From assembly GCA_046707905.1 (NCBI GenBank), contig JBKKDM010000177.1, positions 11,570 through 75,569 on the forward strand: 64,000 nt of DNA, written 5' to 3'. The notes beneath the pieces were generated by a model. That model was not told the origin of the DNA. It did no database searches and saw only the letters and a program-made list of their open reading frames with translations. How positions within the stretch are numbered: position 1 is the first letter of the stretch; every line of letters begins with the position of its first letter. The DNA comes from Candidatus Limnocylindrales bacterium (GTDB lineage: Bacteria > Chloroflexota > Limnocylindria > Limnocylindrales > CSP1-4). Positions 13,310-23,834 of this stretch are shown here, piece after piece. Made by a program: the position numbers and the translations under genes.

Positions 13310-15888
13310 GCGTCATCCTCGACACCGCCCTGGCAATGGCCGCTGCGGGCTGGAATGTGATCCCACTGCACACCCCGATCGACGGCGCGTGCGACTGTCA
13401 TCGGCCCCGTTGCCCCTCCCCCGGCAAGCATCCCCGGACGAAGAACGGCCTCAGCGACGCGACCGCGGATGGCGATCAGATCCGCAGGTGGTGGGGGATG
13501 TGGCCCACCGCGAACATCGGCGCCGTGGTTCCGGACGGCTTCATCGTGGTCGACGTGGACTTGGCCGACCTCGCCACAGTCTTCCGGAGCGACGAGCTGC
13601 CAAGCACGGCGACATCGAGGACGGGTCGCGGCAGGCACCTGATCTACCGAACCAGCACGCCGATCCGGCCGAAGGTCGGCGTCCGCGAGCACGTCGATCT
13701 CCGCGGCCCGGGCTCGTACATCGTGGTCCCGCCCTCGCTCCACATCAGCGGCGCGCGCTACATGTGGGTCGTGCCGATCGAGGACGGGATCGCGGAGGCG
13801 CCGTCCTGGATCGCCGACGCGGCCGGACCACCTCGGACGGCAGGCGATCGTCCCGAGGACTCGGACGCCATTCCCGACGGCCAGCGGAACGCCACGCTCG
13901 CCTCCCTGGCGGGCACGATGCGTCGACGGGGCATGACCGCCGCCGAGATCGAGGCCGCGTTGGTGGCGGTGAATGCTCACCGCTGCCAACCGCCGCTGCC
14001 CGATGACGAGGTCCGCGCGATCGCGGCCAGTGTCGGGCGCTATCGGCCGGGCGAAGGGCGTGCGACCCGACCGACGCCCGTCCACGACGATGTCGGCGAT
14101 CCTCCCTCTTACGCCGAGGGCAGCGCGCTGGAGTCGGAACCCGGTGATTCGGTACCCGCCGAGCCCGCGGCAGGCGTGAAGCGATCCCAGGCCACCATGA
14201 TCCTGGACCTCGCGGCGGACGTCGAGTTCTTCCACACCTCGGATGACGTCGCCTACGCCCGCATCGAGCGCGACGGTCATCACGAGGTCTGGCCGCTGGC
14301 CTCGAAGGCCCTTCGATTCTGGCTCGCACGCCGCTTCCACCAGGCATACGGTCGAGCCGCTGGCGGACAGGGACTTCGAGATGCGCTCGATGTCCTGGGG
14401 GCTCGAGCGCTCTTCGAGGGGCCCGAGTGCCCGGTGCACGTCCGGGTCGCTGGTGATGGCACCGACATCTACCTCGACCTGGGCGACCCGCTCTGGCAGG
14501 CGGTCAGGATCACGGCTACGAGCTGGCAGCTCGCCCCCGACCCGCCCGTGCGATTTCGCCGCCCTAAGGGCCTGCTCCGCCTGCCGATACCCGTCCGGGG
14601 CGGAACCGTGGATCAGCTCCGTAGGTTCGTGAACGTCCGAGAGGACGACCAGGACAACCAGTGGCGCCTGTTCATCGGATGCCTGGTCGCTGCGTTCCGG
14701 CCGAACGGTCCGTATCCGATTCTCGCCCTCAACGGCGAGCACGGCTCGGCCAAGTCCACCACGGCCAAGATCCACCGCCGGCTAATCGACCCCAACAAGA
14801 GCGTCACTCGCGCCGCGCCGCGTGATGAGCGCGACTTGGCGATCGCGGCGACCAACGGGGCCGTCATCTCCCTCGACAATCTCTCGACCGTCCCGGACTG
14901 GCTCAGCGACACGCTCTGCCGGGTCTCGACTGGCCTCGGCTTCAGCACCCGAACCCTCTACGAGAACGATGAGGAGACGTTGTTCGATGCCTGCCGCCCG
15001 ATCGTCATCAACGGGATCGGCGTTCTCGGCACGCGCAGCGACCTGCTAGACCGCACGATCGACCTCGAACTGCCCCGGATCCCGGACGACCACCGCCAGG
15101 ACGAAGCTCAGTTCTGGGCGGCGTTCGATCGCGAACAGCCGGCGATCCTCGGCGCCCTCCTGGACGCGGTCTCGGGTGCCATCGGTCGGCTCGACGCGGT
15201 CCAGCTCGAGCGGGCGCCCAGGATGGCCGACTTCGCCCGCTGGGTCGTTGCCGCCGAACCAGCGCTCGGCTGGCCCGCCGGCTCGTTCCTGAAGGCGTAC
15301 ACGGGCAACCGTGACGCGATCCACGAACTGGCCCTCGACGCGGCGGTGATCGTCCCGCCGATGCGCACGATGCTCGAGGCGGGCGAATTCGTCGGGACCG
15401 CCACGGAGCTCCTCGATCGGCTCGCCGGCATCGTGGGGGAGGCGGCCACCCGGCGCAAGGGCTGGCCAGGCAACGCCACATCCCTCTCGCGGGAGCTCGC
15501 CCGGATCGCGCCGAACCTCCGCTCAGTCGGCATCGAGGTCGAGAAGCGCCGCGAGTCTCACGGCCGCCGCCTGATCGCCATCCGTATCGCCGCCGAAACG
15601 CCGTCACTCGCGTCACCGCCGTCACCGGCCATGAGCCCTGGTGACGCGGCGTCATCCGACGGCGACGGGACGGGTCTGTGGGATGGGCCGAGCGTCACCG
15701 AGGATCGCACTCGTGGTGACGAGAGTGACGGTGGTGACGGTCTTCTGCACGTTGCGCCGGACGACGGGCTCGAGGTCGCCCGGGAAGCGCTGCGGATCCT
15801 CGCCGACGACCTCACCGACGAGTCGGCTGCACGCCTCAAGGCCGTGGTCGCTCGAGCCGACGACATCGGTTGGGGTGGTCTCGCGTGA
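13306..15888 (+). CDS. Bifunctional DNA primase/polymerase (Prim-Pol) + PriCT-1 + P-loop ATPase/helicase
   Basis: GWNVIPLH..CDC...GKHP, ANIG, DVD, G.HL, DLRG.GSYIVVPPS; IPDGQRNATLASLAG (PriCT); GEHGSAKST and SLDN. Start set at ATG 13306 (overlap with the RHH stop). Confidence 0.9.
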   Translation: MSVILDTALAMAAAGWNVIPLHTPIDGACDCHRPRCPSPGKHPRTKNGLSDATADGDQIRRWWGMWPTANIGAVVPDGFIVVDVDLADLATVFRSDELPSTATSRTGRGRHLIYRTSTPIRPKVGVREHVDLRGPGSYIVVPPSLHISGARYMWVVPIEDGIAEAPSWIADAAGPPRTAGDRPEDSDAIPDGQRNATLASLAGTMRRRGMTAAEIEAALVAVNAHRCQPPLPDDEVRAIAASVGRYRPGEGRATRPTPVHDDVGDPPSYAEGSALESEPGDSVPAEPAAGVKRSQATMILDLAADVEFFHTSDDVAYARIERDGHHEVWPLASKALRFWLARRFHQAYGRAAGGQGLRDALDVLGARALFEGPECPVHVRVAGDGTDIYLDLGDPLWQAVRITATSWQLAPDPPVRFRRPKGLLRLPIPVRGGTVDQLRRFVNVREDDQDNQWRLFIGCLVAAFRPNGPYPILALNGEHGSAKSTTAKIHRRLIDPNKSVTRAAPRDERDLAIAATNGAVISLDNLSTVPDWLSDTLCRVSTGLGFSTRTLYENDEETLFDACRPIVINGIGVLGTRSDLLDRTIDLELPRIPDDHRQDEAQFWAAFDREQPAILGALLDAVSGAIGRLDAVQLERAPRMADFARWVVAAEPALGWPAGSFLKAYTGNRDAIHELALDAAVIVPPMRTMLEAGEFVGTATELLDRLAGIVGEAATRRKGWPGNATSLSRELARIAPNLRSVGIEVEKRRESHGRRLIAIRIAAETPSLASPPSPAMSPGDAASSDGDGTGLWDGPSVTEDRTRGDESDGGDGLLHVAPDDGLEVAREALRILADDLTDESAARLKAVVARADDIGWGGLA
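15603..15740. repeat. Inverted arrays of 9-bp-period GTCAC/GTGAC repeats (iteron-like)
   Basis: GTCAC at 15603, 15612, 15621; GTGAC at 15716, 15725, 15734; single copies at 15641 and 15694. Confidence 0.8.
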
Positions 15889-16064
15889 CCAGCCAGCCTC
15901 AATTAGGTGTGGAGCGCGATCCGCTCGTCGCCGCCCTCGCCCGCTACGTCGAGGCCCTCCATCGGCGCTATCCGGATGGCCCGGACCAGCTCCGCCGCGA
16001 GGGACTTGACGCCAGAGCAAAGGTGTCTCGGATGGTCAGGATTCAGAGGGACCCCGCCACGTGA
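15885..16064 (+). CDS. Small hypothetical protein between primase and recombinase
   Basis: GTGA overlaps at both ends. Confidence 0.55.
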   Translation: MTSQPQLGVERDPLVAALARYVEALHRRYPDGPDQLRREGLDARAKVSRMVRIQRDPAT

Positions 16065-17595
16065 AGCGCCTGCCACGCTCGCTCGACGAGATCGGCGGCC
16101 TCCGGGCGGCCCGCTGGATCCGGGAGTCGACGGCCGGCCAATACGACCGCTACGGGCCGGCGAGCCAGCGCGAGCAGCAGGACCGGTTCATCGAGCGGCA
16201 CGGCCTCGTCGACTCCGGGCTCGTGTACCAGGTCGCGCACAGCGGTCGGACCGTCTGGCGCTCGGCGACGATGGCCACGATGGTCGAGGACCTCCGATTG
16301 GGCCGCTTCGACCTCCTCCTCACCGGCTACTCGGACCGCTGGCAGCGCAACCTGCGCCGGACGCTCGAGCTCCTTGAGGACGAGTTGCACCCGAACGGTG
16401 TCGCTCTGGTCATGTGCGACCGGAAGATCCTGAGCACCGATCCCTCGGACTGGGACGAGCTGATCTCCGAGGCGGCGGGAGCGGAGAAGTACAGCCGTCG
16501 CTTGTCCGAGCGGATCACGGAGGGCTACGCCGCCAAGTTCGACCAGGAGCGAGATCCGGGCGGGCACGCCGGTCTGGGCTTCCGACGGCTGCCGCGGCCG
16601 CCGCACACTCTGGAGATCGACCCAGACCGGATGCACATCGCCGTCGGCCTGTTCGAGCGGTACGCCCTCGGCAACGTGAGCGCGACGGGGCTCGAGGCAG
16701 AAACCGGCCTCGCCGCGACGCGAATCCGGATGATCTTGATGAACCCGCTCTACAACGGCTGGATCCGCCGACACCGTGGTCCGAGCGAGGCTCGCCGGCC
16801 GGCCCCCTGGCGCTTCGACCCACCTGTCTCGGACGATCTGTGGGCTCGGGTCGAGGACGTGCGACGGGCAAGAACACAGGGTGGGGACCCCGCCACCGCG
16901 GTCGCATGGACCTGCTCGCCGGGCTGCTGGAGTGCACCTGCGGGAGGCGGATTCGGTCAGACGGACGGATGGGAAACTCGGAGCGGGTGGCCAAACTACA
17001 CACCGCGCCGTGTGCGGCCTGGGGTTCGAAAGCACGCATTCCCGCATCCACGTGGGAGATCCCCGTCATCGCCCAGCTCGGGTCGATCCGTGTCGACACC
17101 GCCATGCGCGCCCAGATCACGGGGGTGCTGTCCGCGAGTGAACGTCCCGTGACGATGGATCGTGCCAGGCTCGCACGCCAGATGCGTGAGCTCGCGCTGG
17201 AGCATGCCGCGGCTCGCCTCGACGACGCGGAATACCTCGTGCGGATGGCACGCCTCCGCGAAGATCTGGAAATCGTGGGGGCGCAGCCGGCCCGGGACTT
17301 GCCAGCGCGTCGCGCGACCGAGTGGCTCGACGCCCTGGCCGAAACGTGGCAGAAGGCCGATCTAGTAGAGGAGAAATCCGACGTGATCCACGCGATATAT
17401 GAACGGATCGTCATCGAAGGGCCGCGCTTCGTCGGCCTTCGCCTCACACCGGCCGCGTACCGGCACGGATTGGCGCTCGCGCTGCCAGAGGCTGTTATGG
17501 CGCGCCCGACAGGAGTTGAGCGCGCGGATGCCATAAATACTCGCATCCCGATCGAGGAAAGCCGAGACAGGCTGATCGCGGGCGAGATCGCCTGA
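16061..17595 (+). pseudogene. Large serine recombinase (integrase), split by one frameshift at ~16883-16891
   Basis: WIREST catalytic motif, DRWQRN, ILMNPLYNG, PVSDDLW in frame 1; LLAGLLECTCG Zn ribbon and coiled coil in frame 2. Adding one base in the GGGG/CCCC run restores a ~510-aa ORF. Confidence 0.88.
17498..17514 (-). other. att-core candidate: 17 nt resembling a tRNA(Arg-type) 3' end including CCA
   Basis: Minus strand TCCTGTCGGGCGCGCCA (3' T-stem, acceptor strand, CCA); the rest of a tRNA is absent. Confidence 0.6.
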
Positions 17596-17639
17596 TCCAG
17601 AGTCATAAGGTCGCATGCGCGGGGCTCCCATGAGTAGGC

Positions 17640-17990
17640 TACCGAGCGAAAGCCCAGCAGTTGGGGGATTTAGAGACGGATCCCGACGCGCAAGCCCGCG
17701 AGCTGGTCGTGAAGGAGTTGCGGCGGATCCCGCAACTCCTCGATCGTGCAGCCGTGATTCGCACGGGAAGGCTTCGCAGGGGATCTCGCGAAGCGGCCGA
17801 CCGAGCTTTGAAAGTCCCGTTCCAGTGCCCGCACGTCGGCCAGCGTGGCGCTCTTGGTCGGCGTATCCTCCGATGGCAGCAGCGGGTTCCGGCTCGAGAA
17901 GCGGCGCGCTCGCCGGAAAGGGTCGACCGTGAGGACACCCTCGTCGGTCAGCCAACCGGCGAGGGCCCGAAGCGGGCGGACATCGGCCAC
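17640..17990 (-). pseudogene. Degraded tyrosine-recombinase fragment
   Basis: VRPLRALAGWLTDEGVLTVDPF resembles the core-binding domain end; ITAAR/IEELR across a frameshift resembles TGxRxxEL. Confidence 0.4.
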
Positions 17991-18072
17991 GAGGATGTGA
18001 ACCCCGCCCTGCTGATGTCGAGCTGACCAAACTTGCGAGGACGACCTGTTACACTACGTCTGGGACTTGACC

Positions 18073-19431
18073 TCAGCAGGTTGCGGTTGCGACGCTGGTC
18101 CAACTCCGCCACGCCGGGAATTGTCCATCGCCGATTTCCCGCGCGGTCTCTCCAACCTGGTCGAGAATCATCAGCGTGCCCGACGCTGACCACGCCAGTC
18201 GGCCCTGTGAACTCCACGCCGGAAACTGGTTGGTGATCGCTTGCGCGTCGGTGATGGCGTGCTCACCGCTGCCATCGGGATGAATCAGGTGGATCTGCTG
18301 ACCATCAATCGTATCCGGGCCAGATTGGTACGCAAGCCACTCCCCATCCGGAGACCACGCCGGGTACATCTGATACCCAGCCAAGTTGGCGACCTTGCGC
18401 TCATTCTTGCCGTCGATATCGATGATGTAGATGTCGTAGTCGCCGTCGCGAGCGGAGGCGAAGGCGATCCGCTGCCCGTCCGGGGACCACGCCGGGTACT
18501 CGCCCGAATGGCTCGAGACGCGCCGCAACGGACCGCCTCTCGGGTCGATCACGGCAACGTCCTGAAACTCCGGATTGAAAAAGTGGTCGAACGCGATCTG
18601 GCAGCCATCGGGGGACCATGCGGGAGATCGGTCATCTGAGGGGCTCACGGTCAGATTGCGTTCGCACGTGCCATCGGCGTTCATAACGTAGATCTCGTCC
18701 TGGCCCTCGCGGCCCGTGCGGAATGCGATCCTCGAGCCATCCGGTGACCAAGTGGGTTTGGTATCCGGACCGAGCGCAGTCGTGAGTCTCAGCTCGTCCT
18801 GACCGGTGGCGCTCGCTCGGTAGATGTCGGCGTTGCCGAGGAGTTCCTTGGAGAACGCCAGCTCGTCCTGTTCACTGCCGTTTGGCAACTGGCTAGCGGG
18901 GGCCGCCGGCGCAGCGCACCGCTCGCTGGGCCCGGGTGTCGCCAGCTCGAGAGGGCCACCGAGATTGAGGCAGCCGTAGACTTCGCCGCCGTCGAGTGTG
19001 AAGACGAGCACGACGAGGTTGGACGGGTACGTCAAGTATGGTTGGGTCTCGAGCTCCTCGACGCGTGACCCACCCTCGATGTCCGCGAACTGGAACGGCG
19101 CGTCGTGATCTGGCTGAGGGCGATCACACGTGCTCTGGTCGTAGATGCCCCACGCGTGAGGCTGGGTCTCTCCGACCAACGTGATCTCCAGAGTCGTTTG
19201 CTCCGCTGATATCTGGGTAGCCGTGACGGTACCCACGTCTCCGCTTGCCGAGCTCAGCACGGACTGCCCTAGCCGCCCACCAACAGGGGGCGGTGGGGCG
19301 GCGGCGGTCGCGGTTGCCGGCGCAGCGGGGGAAGGCCCAGGGGAGCTAGGCGCAGGGCTCGCGCTTGCCTGGCAAGCCGACAGGAGCAGCGCGCCCCCTA
19401 TCGCCGCCCAGCAATGGTTTCCGGGAATCAC
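18073..19431 (-). CDS. Lipoprotein with TolB-like PD40 beta-propeller
   Basis: Lipobox LLSAC; repeated P.WSPDG..IAF. Confidence 0.88.
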   Translation of the reverse strand: MIPGNHCWAAIGGALLLSACQASASPAPSSPGPSPAAPATATAAAPPPPVGGRLGQSVLSSASGDVGTVTATQISAEQTTLEITLVGETQPHAWGIYDQSTCDRPQPDHDAPFQFADIEGGSRVEELETQPYLTYPSNLVVLVFTLDGGEVYGCLNLGGPLELATPGPSERCAAPAAPASQLPNGSEQDELAFSKELLGNADIYRASATGQDELRLTTALGPDTKPTWSPDGSRIAFRTGREGQDEIYVMNADGTCERNLTVSPSDDRSPAWSPDGCQIAFDHFFNPEFQDVAVIDPRGGPLRRVSSHSGEYPAWSPDGQRIAFASARDGDYDIYIIDIDGKNERKVANLAGYQMYPAWSPDGEWLAYQSGPDTIDGQQIHLIHPDGSGEHAITDAQAITNQFPAWSSQGRLAWSASGTLMILDQVGETAREIGDGQFPAWRSWTSVATATC

Positions 19432-19685
19432 GGTGGCAAATCCTCTAAAGCTGGCAACTTACGCGAACCGATTGGGTATACGTCCGCTTTCACGGCGTTC
19501 TTCCCGCAGCTGTCACGGGACGCGTCCATCGCTGTCGGGAGTTGCGCATCTCTTCGAGGAGGGATTCGGATAACCGGCGATCGATCCGATCTGGTGAGAG
19601 ATTGGACATCCAACACTCCGTGGAGCGATCGGAACCACAGCAAGTCTTGTCTTGAGGCCGGGAAGGGCGCCCCCACGGCAGTCGA

Positions 19686-20230
19686 CTAACACGAAGCGCC
19701 CAGTAGGGCTGCGATCCAGGCGGCGCCGCCATACAAAAGCAACGCAAGGCTGGCGCCGACGAGGAGGTTCGTACGGAGGAGGGTCCAGCGGTATCGCCAT
19801 CGTAGGTCCGCTGGCTTGTCGCCGAGCCGCTGGCGGAAGTCGGTCAAGAGGGCCACCCAGTCATCCCCCGCGGCGAGGGCCCGCCGAGCGCGGTGGAACA
19901 CAACTCCGGCATCCGCTTCGAGTCTTTCGTCGGTACCGGCCGGGATGGCGGAAGCAAGTTGTGCGAGGTATTCGAGATCACCTTCGCGCCTGTCGCACCA
20001 GTCCATTAGATCGAGGACTGAATACCTTTGGAAGCGGGCAGAAGCAGATCCCTCGGGCAGGGCTTCAGCGGCCGCTCGCGCTTCAGCATCCCAGGGGGGC
20101 GGCCGGCGGCCAACAGGTCATTGGCGGCCACCAAGAGCGCGACGAAGACGTCGGCTGGAGTCTCTGCGACGCTCCATCGGCCCGACACCGGACGCTCTGC
20201 CGACAAGCGGTTTCGCCTCCGGATGATCAT
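19686..20230 (-). CDS. Two small coupled hypothetical ORFs (20006-20230, 19686-20006); the second has a C-terminal TM helix
   Basis: TAATG overlap; hydrophobic tail LLVGASLALLLYGGAAWIAALLG. Could be one frameshifted gene. Confidence 0.35.
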
Positions 20231-20350
20231 GACGGCGCCTTAGGGCGCCCAAGGAGACGGCCAGGCTAATCCAGAGCTCGCCTTGAGCACGATCGGCTGG
20301 GCAAGCGAACGTGGCGGATAGTCGCGTGGCTGGCCCCGGCCCTTCAAGGC

Positions 20351-21178
20351 TCAGACGTGCTGCTCTATCCAGTCCAGAACCTGGGAACGCATCGCCTCCG
20401 AATCGGATGAGTCCACGAAGCCATACCCGTGGGCATCGCCATCCAGGATGAGGAGCGTCTTCTCAGGGGAGCCGACAGCGGCAAATACCTCCTTCGCCTC
20501 CGCGAGCGGAACAACCGGGTCGCGCTTCGACACAATCATCAGCAAGGGAACGGTAAGCCGAGGTAGCGACGCCGGGTTGTTCACGCCAAGTGCTCCCGAA
20601 AACTTGGCCCCGGAGAGGCTGATGATCGCGTCGACGTTGAGATCTGCTCCGTGTTGCACCACGGCGGCACCACCGTTCGAGCCGCCGATGAGGACGACCT
20701 TGTCCGCCCCGTCACCGCGGACCTTCGAGACCACCGCCGCGAGGTCGCGCTCCAGAGCAAGTCTTGCAGCCGGATCCTCCGGGCCGTCCGAACGGCCCCG
20801 GGTGCGAAAGTCGAACGCCACTACCCGCATCCCAGCTTCGACCAGCGTGTTGAAGTACGGCAGGACGCCGCAAAGGGTGTCACGAGCCTGGTGGGCCAGA
20901 ATGATTACGGTGGTGCCTGTACCGGCCTCGACGCCGTAGATTCTGACGCCGTCATCAGTCTCCACCCAGAACGAGTTCGCGCCGGGCACCGACCTGGACG
21001 GGCATGCTTCCGCCAGGCTCGGCGGCGGTTCCACCGTGGGCTCGACCGATACCTGAGGAGCCATCGTTGGCACGGGCGTCGCGGCCATGGTGCTCGCGGT
21101 GGGCGGCGCCACGCTCGGCCCACTGCATGCTGCGAAGACGGTCACGGCAGCAGCGACCAAAAAGCGACCGAGGCGCAT
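20351..21178 (-). CDS. Alpha/beta hydrolase lipoprotein
   Basis: Lipobox FAAC; GGSNGG nucleophile elbow, RDPVVP, GDAHG. Confidence 0.85.
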   Translation of the reverse strand: MRLGRFLVAAAVTVFAACSGPSVAPPTASTMAATPVPTMAPQVSVEPTVEPPPSLAEACPSRSVPGANSFWVETDDGVRIYGVEAGTGTTVIILAHQARDTLCGVLPYFNTLVEAGMRVVAFDFRTRGRSDGPEDPAARLALERDLAAVVSKVRGDGADKVVLIGGSNGGAAVVQHGADLNVDAIISLSGAKFSGALGVNNPASLPRLTVPLLMIVSKRDPVVPLAEAKEVFAAVGSPEKTLLILDGDAHGYGFVDSSDSEAMRSQVLDWIEQHV

Positions 21179-21320
21179 ATAGTCTCCTGGGGACACTGGT
21201 ACGACCGAGATTAGTCTTACAAAGACTATCCTACCAGTGGCTTACCGCGTTCTCGCGTAGCCCGATTGCTGCGATCTCGAGCGAACGAAGCGAGCTTGGA
21301 GAGCGGGTAATCTGTGAGCG

Positions 21321-21899
21321 ATGCCTGAGCCCGTTCAGACCTTTACGACCCGGACGGCCCTTGGATTGGTTGCGTTTGGGCCCCGGTCCGGATACGACCT
21401 GGCACAGCTAGCGGGACGGAGTGTGGGGCTGATCTGGGCGCCGTCCCGAAGTCAGTTGTACAAGGCGCTCGGACGGCTGCGCGATGACGGCTTGATCGAG
21501 GGGACCCGCATCGCCCAGGAATCGCGCCCAAGTAAGACGGTCTATCGGATGACTGAGCGGGGGCGCAGCGAACTCGTGGCGTGGCTTCACGAGATCGACG
21601 ATGACCCTGACGAAGGACAGGCTGCATTTCCGGTCAAGCTTTTCTTCTGCGGCTCGGTTGACGCGAGCGTCACCCGAGCACATCTCGATGCCTACGCGCG
21701 ATATCTGACTCGGCGCGCCAAGGAGCTGGACCTGGCAGGGCAGCTCCCGATCGACTCGCCGCACGCCCGTGCGATCCTCGAGCACGGGCGGCGTCGGCTT
21801 GAGGCAACACGCGCCTGGATCGAATGGGCGAGGCGCGAGGTCGACATGGGTCGGCTCCATGGCTCCGATCTGGCATTCGTGGAGCCGGGTGGCAAATAG
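21321..21899 (+). CDS. PadR-family transcriptional regulator
   Basis: SGYDL, SQLYKALGRL, KTVYRMTERGR, FPVKLFF. Confidence 0.9.
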   Translation: MPEPVQTFTTRTALGLVAFGPRSGYDLAQLAGRSVGLIWAPSRSQLYKALGRLRDDGLIEGTRIAQESRPSKTVYRMTERGRSELVAWLHEIDDDPDEGQAAFPVKLFFCGSVDASVTRAHLDAYARYLTRRAKELDLAGQLPIDSPHARAILEHGRRRLEATRAWIEWARREVDMGRLHGSDLAFVEPGGK

Positions 21900-22238
21900 A
21901 GCTGGGAGTTGCGGGTCAGATGTTCGCCTGCAGCCCTTGCGCGGGCAAGCCCGTTCCGGGCGGGTGGCACGCCTGGGTGCGAGCGCGGCCAACGTCTCCT
22001 AGATCCGGTAGGCCCTAAGGTGTCGGCTTGGGCTGGGTCGCTCTTCGGGGACGCACTGGGGGGACCCACGTCGGCGACCGCCGGAGACGATCCGGCCAGC
22101 CAGGGCCTGACCAAGATCGGTGCGCGGCCCGAGGGTACCAATGCGATCTCCTTGGTGGGCCTAGCGTCCAGCAGCACATGGAGCGATGCTGCGTCGACGC
22201 CCAAGCAGAGTCTTGGGTCATTCGCAGGGGAACAATCA

Positions 22239-23225
22239 ATGAACAAGCTCGTGGCGCTCGCCGCCGCCGTGGTCGTAGCAGGCTGCGGATCGACAGCAGT
22301 TTCGCCGGTGACGACCGGTCCGGCCACCGCGACGCCCACGCTGGCAGGACCGTCGGCGGCCGTGACAGCCGGTCCCGTTCCGAGCGAGGCGCCTCTCGCG
22401 ATGTCGACACCCGCGCCGGGTCGGCCAATTCTCGGGCACACCATCGCATTTACCTTCGAGGGAGCGCTGTACACGGCGAAAGGAGATGGCGCGGAGCGAA
22501 CCCTGGTGACGGACTTTCCAGGAACAGCAGAGCCTTACGCAAGCGCCTTCTGGTCGCCGGCTGGCGACCGCTTGATCATTCGGATGGAGGAGCCGGCCGG
22601 GGTCGACAACGGGGGCGGCTACGTCTTCGCGGTCGATCCCGACGGCTCAAACCTAACCAACCTGAGTGACGTATCCGGCTCGCACTACGACGCGATGCCT
22701 GGTTGGAGCCCGGATGGGACGGAGATCGTCTATGCCGCCCGGAAGCCTGGTGACTCGGTATCACAGCTGTACATCATGAGCGCAGACGGGTCAGCTCCGC
22801 GGAAGGTCCTCGAGACTGACTATGAGGTGCAGTACCCAGCTTGGTCGAGCACTGGAACGATTGCCTTTACCGGAGTCATCGACGGTGGTTTCGAATTATT
22901 CTCGGTCCGTCCGGATGGTTCCTCCCTCACCCAACTGACGACCGATCCGTCTCCCGACAATTGGCCGACATGGAGCCCGGATGGCAGCAGGATCGCCTTC
23001 TTCACGGCTCGGGACGGCCAAGAGGGCGTCTGGGTTATGAATGCCGATGGCTCAGACTCGCATTTTCTGGTGCTCGGAGGCGAGCCGAACTGGTCGCCTC
23101 ACGGTGACGAGATCACCTTTGACTGCGGCGACGCCGAGACCGCGATCATCTGTGCAATCCACCCAGACGGAACTGATCCGGTGCACTTGTTCGACGACGC
23201 AGGATTCCCCGTAATACGGCCGTGA
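22239..23225 (+). CDS. Lipoprotein with TolB-like PD40 beta-propeller
   Basis: Start MNKLVALAAAVVVAGC (lipobox); WSPDG repeats. Confidence 0.88.
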   Translation: MNKLVALAAAVVVAGCGSTAVSPVTTGPATATPTLAGPSAAVTAGPVPSEAPLAMSTPAPGRPILGHTIAFTFEGALYTAKGDGAERTLVTDFPGTAEPYASAFWSPAGDRLIIRMEEPAGVDNGGGYVFAVDPDGSNLTNLSDVSGSHYDAMPGWSPDGTEIVYAARKPGDSVSQLYIMSADGSAPRKVLETDYEVQYPAWSSTGTIAFTGVIDGGFELFSVRPDGSSLTQLTTDPSPDNWPTWSPDGSRIAFFTARDGQEGVWVMNADGSDSHFLVLGGEPNWSPHGDEITFDCGDAETAIICAIHPDGTDPVHLFDDAGFPVIRP

Positions 23226-23399
23226 CGCGCATTGGCGTGATCGCGACCCCGTCGGTCACCAGAACATCGGCGACGTGCTCCACGAGAGCATCTCAGTCAC
23301 GATCACTTGCCAAGCCAAGCGTCTCGCAATCGGGGCTGGCGGAAGCTCTCCGTCGACCCCACCTTCGGGTCGCGAGATTCCCGCGTGGGGCACGCTTGT

Positions 23400-23834
23400 C
23401 TACCGTCTCGCTGAGTGATCCCGAATGTGATCCCGGAGGGGTCGTCGGAGCCATTGAGTTTCCTTGTTCCAGAGCGAAAAGGGTCCGGAACCGAAGAGAA
23501 CTATCCCGAGACATCCAGCTAGGACCATGGCATTCCCGCTCTCCAACCCGGCAGTTCCGATTGCCACGATCATGATCGGGATCATCGGCAGCATCGCAAT
23601 CCTAGGGGCCGCTCCGGTGACAGCCGAGATCAGCGCAACAACCTCGAAGCTACCGACGATGAGGACCCAGGCCTCCGGATTGGGTATTCCGTGGTCCTCG
23701 AAATCGCGAACCCTTGAGCTGTAGTCGACGAACTTGGAGCTTGCCGGCCACGCTAGCTGCCAAACCACCAGCGCGCGGAGCGCGAGCGGGAAAGCCCAGC
23801 GAATCGCGGACAGTGCACGGAGGCCCACTAGCAT
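23400..23834 (-). CDS. DoxX-family membrane protein
   Basis: KF......F...GIP.P, EV...I, G.GPFSL; multiple TM segments. Start uncertain. Confidence 0.75.
   Translation of the reverse strand: MLVGLRALSAIRWAFPLALRALVVWQLAWPASSKFVDYSSRVRDFEDHGIPNPEAWVLIVGSFEVVALISAVTGAAPRIAMLPMIPIMIVAIGTAGLESGNAMVLAGCLGIVLFGSGPFSLWNKETQWLRRPLRDHIRDHSARR

Noticed and set aside
17440-17600. Complete tRNA gene
   Set aside because: Only 17 nt of a 3' end; no TTC loop, anticodon arm or D arm adjacent.
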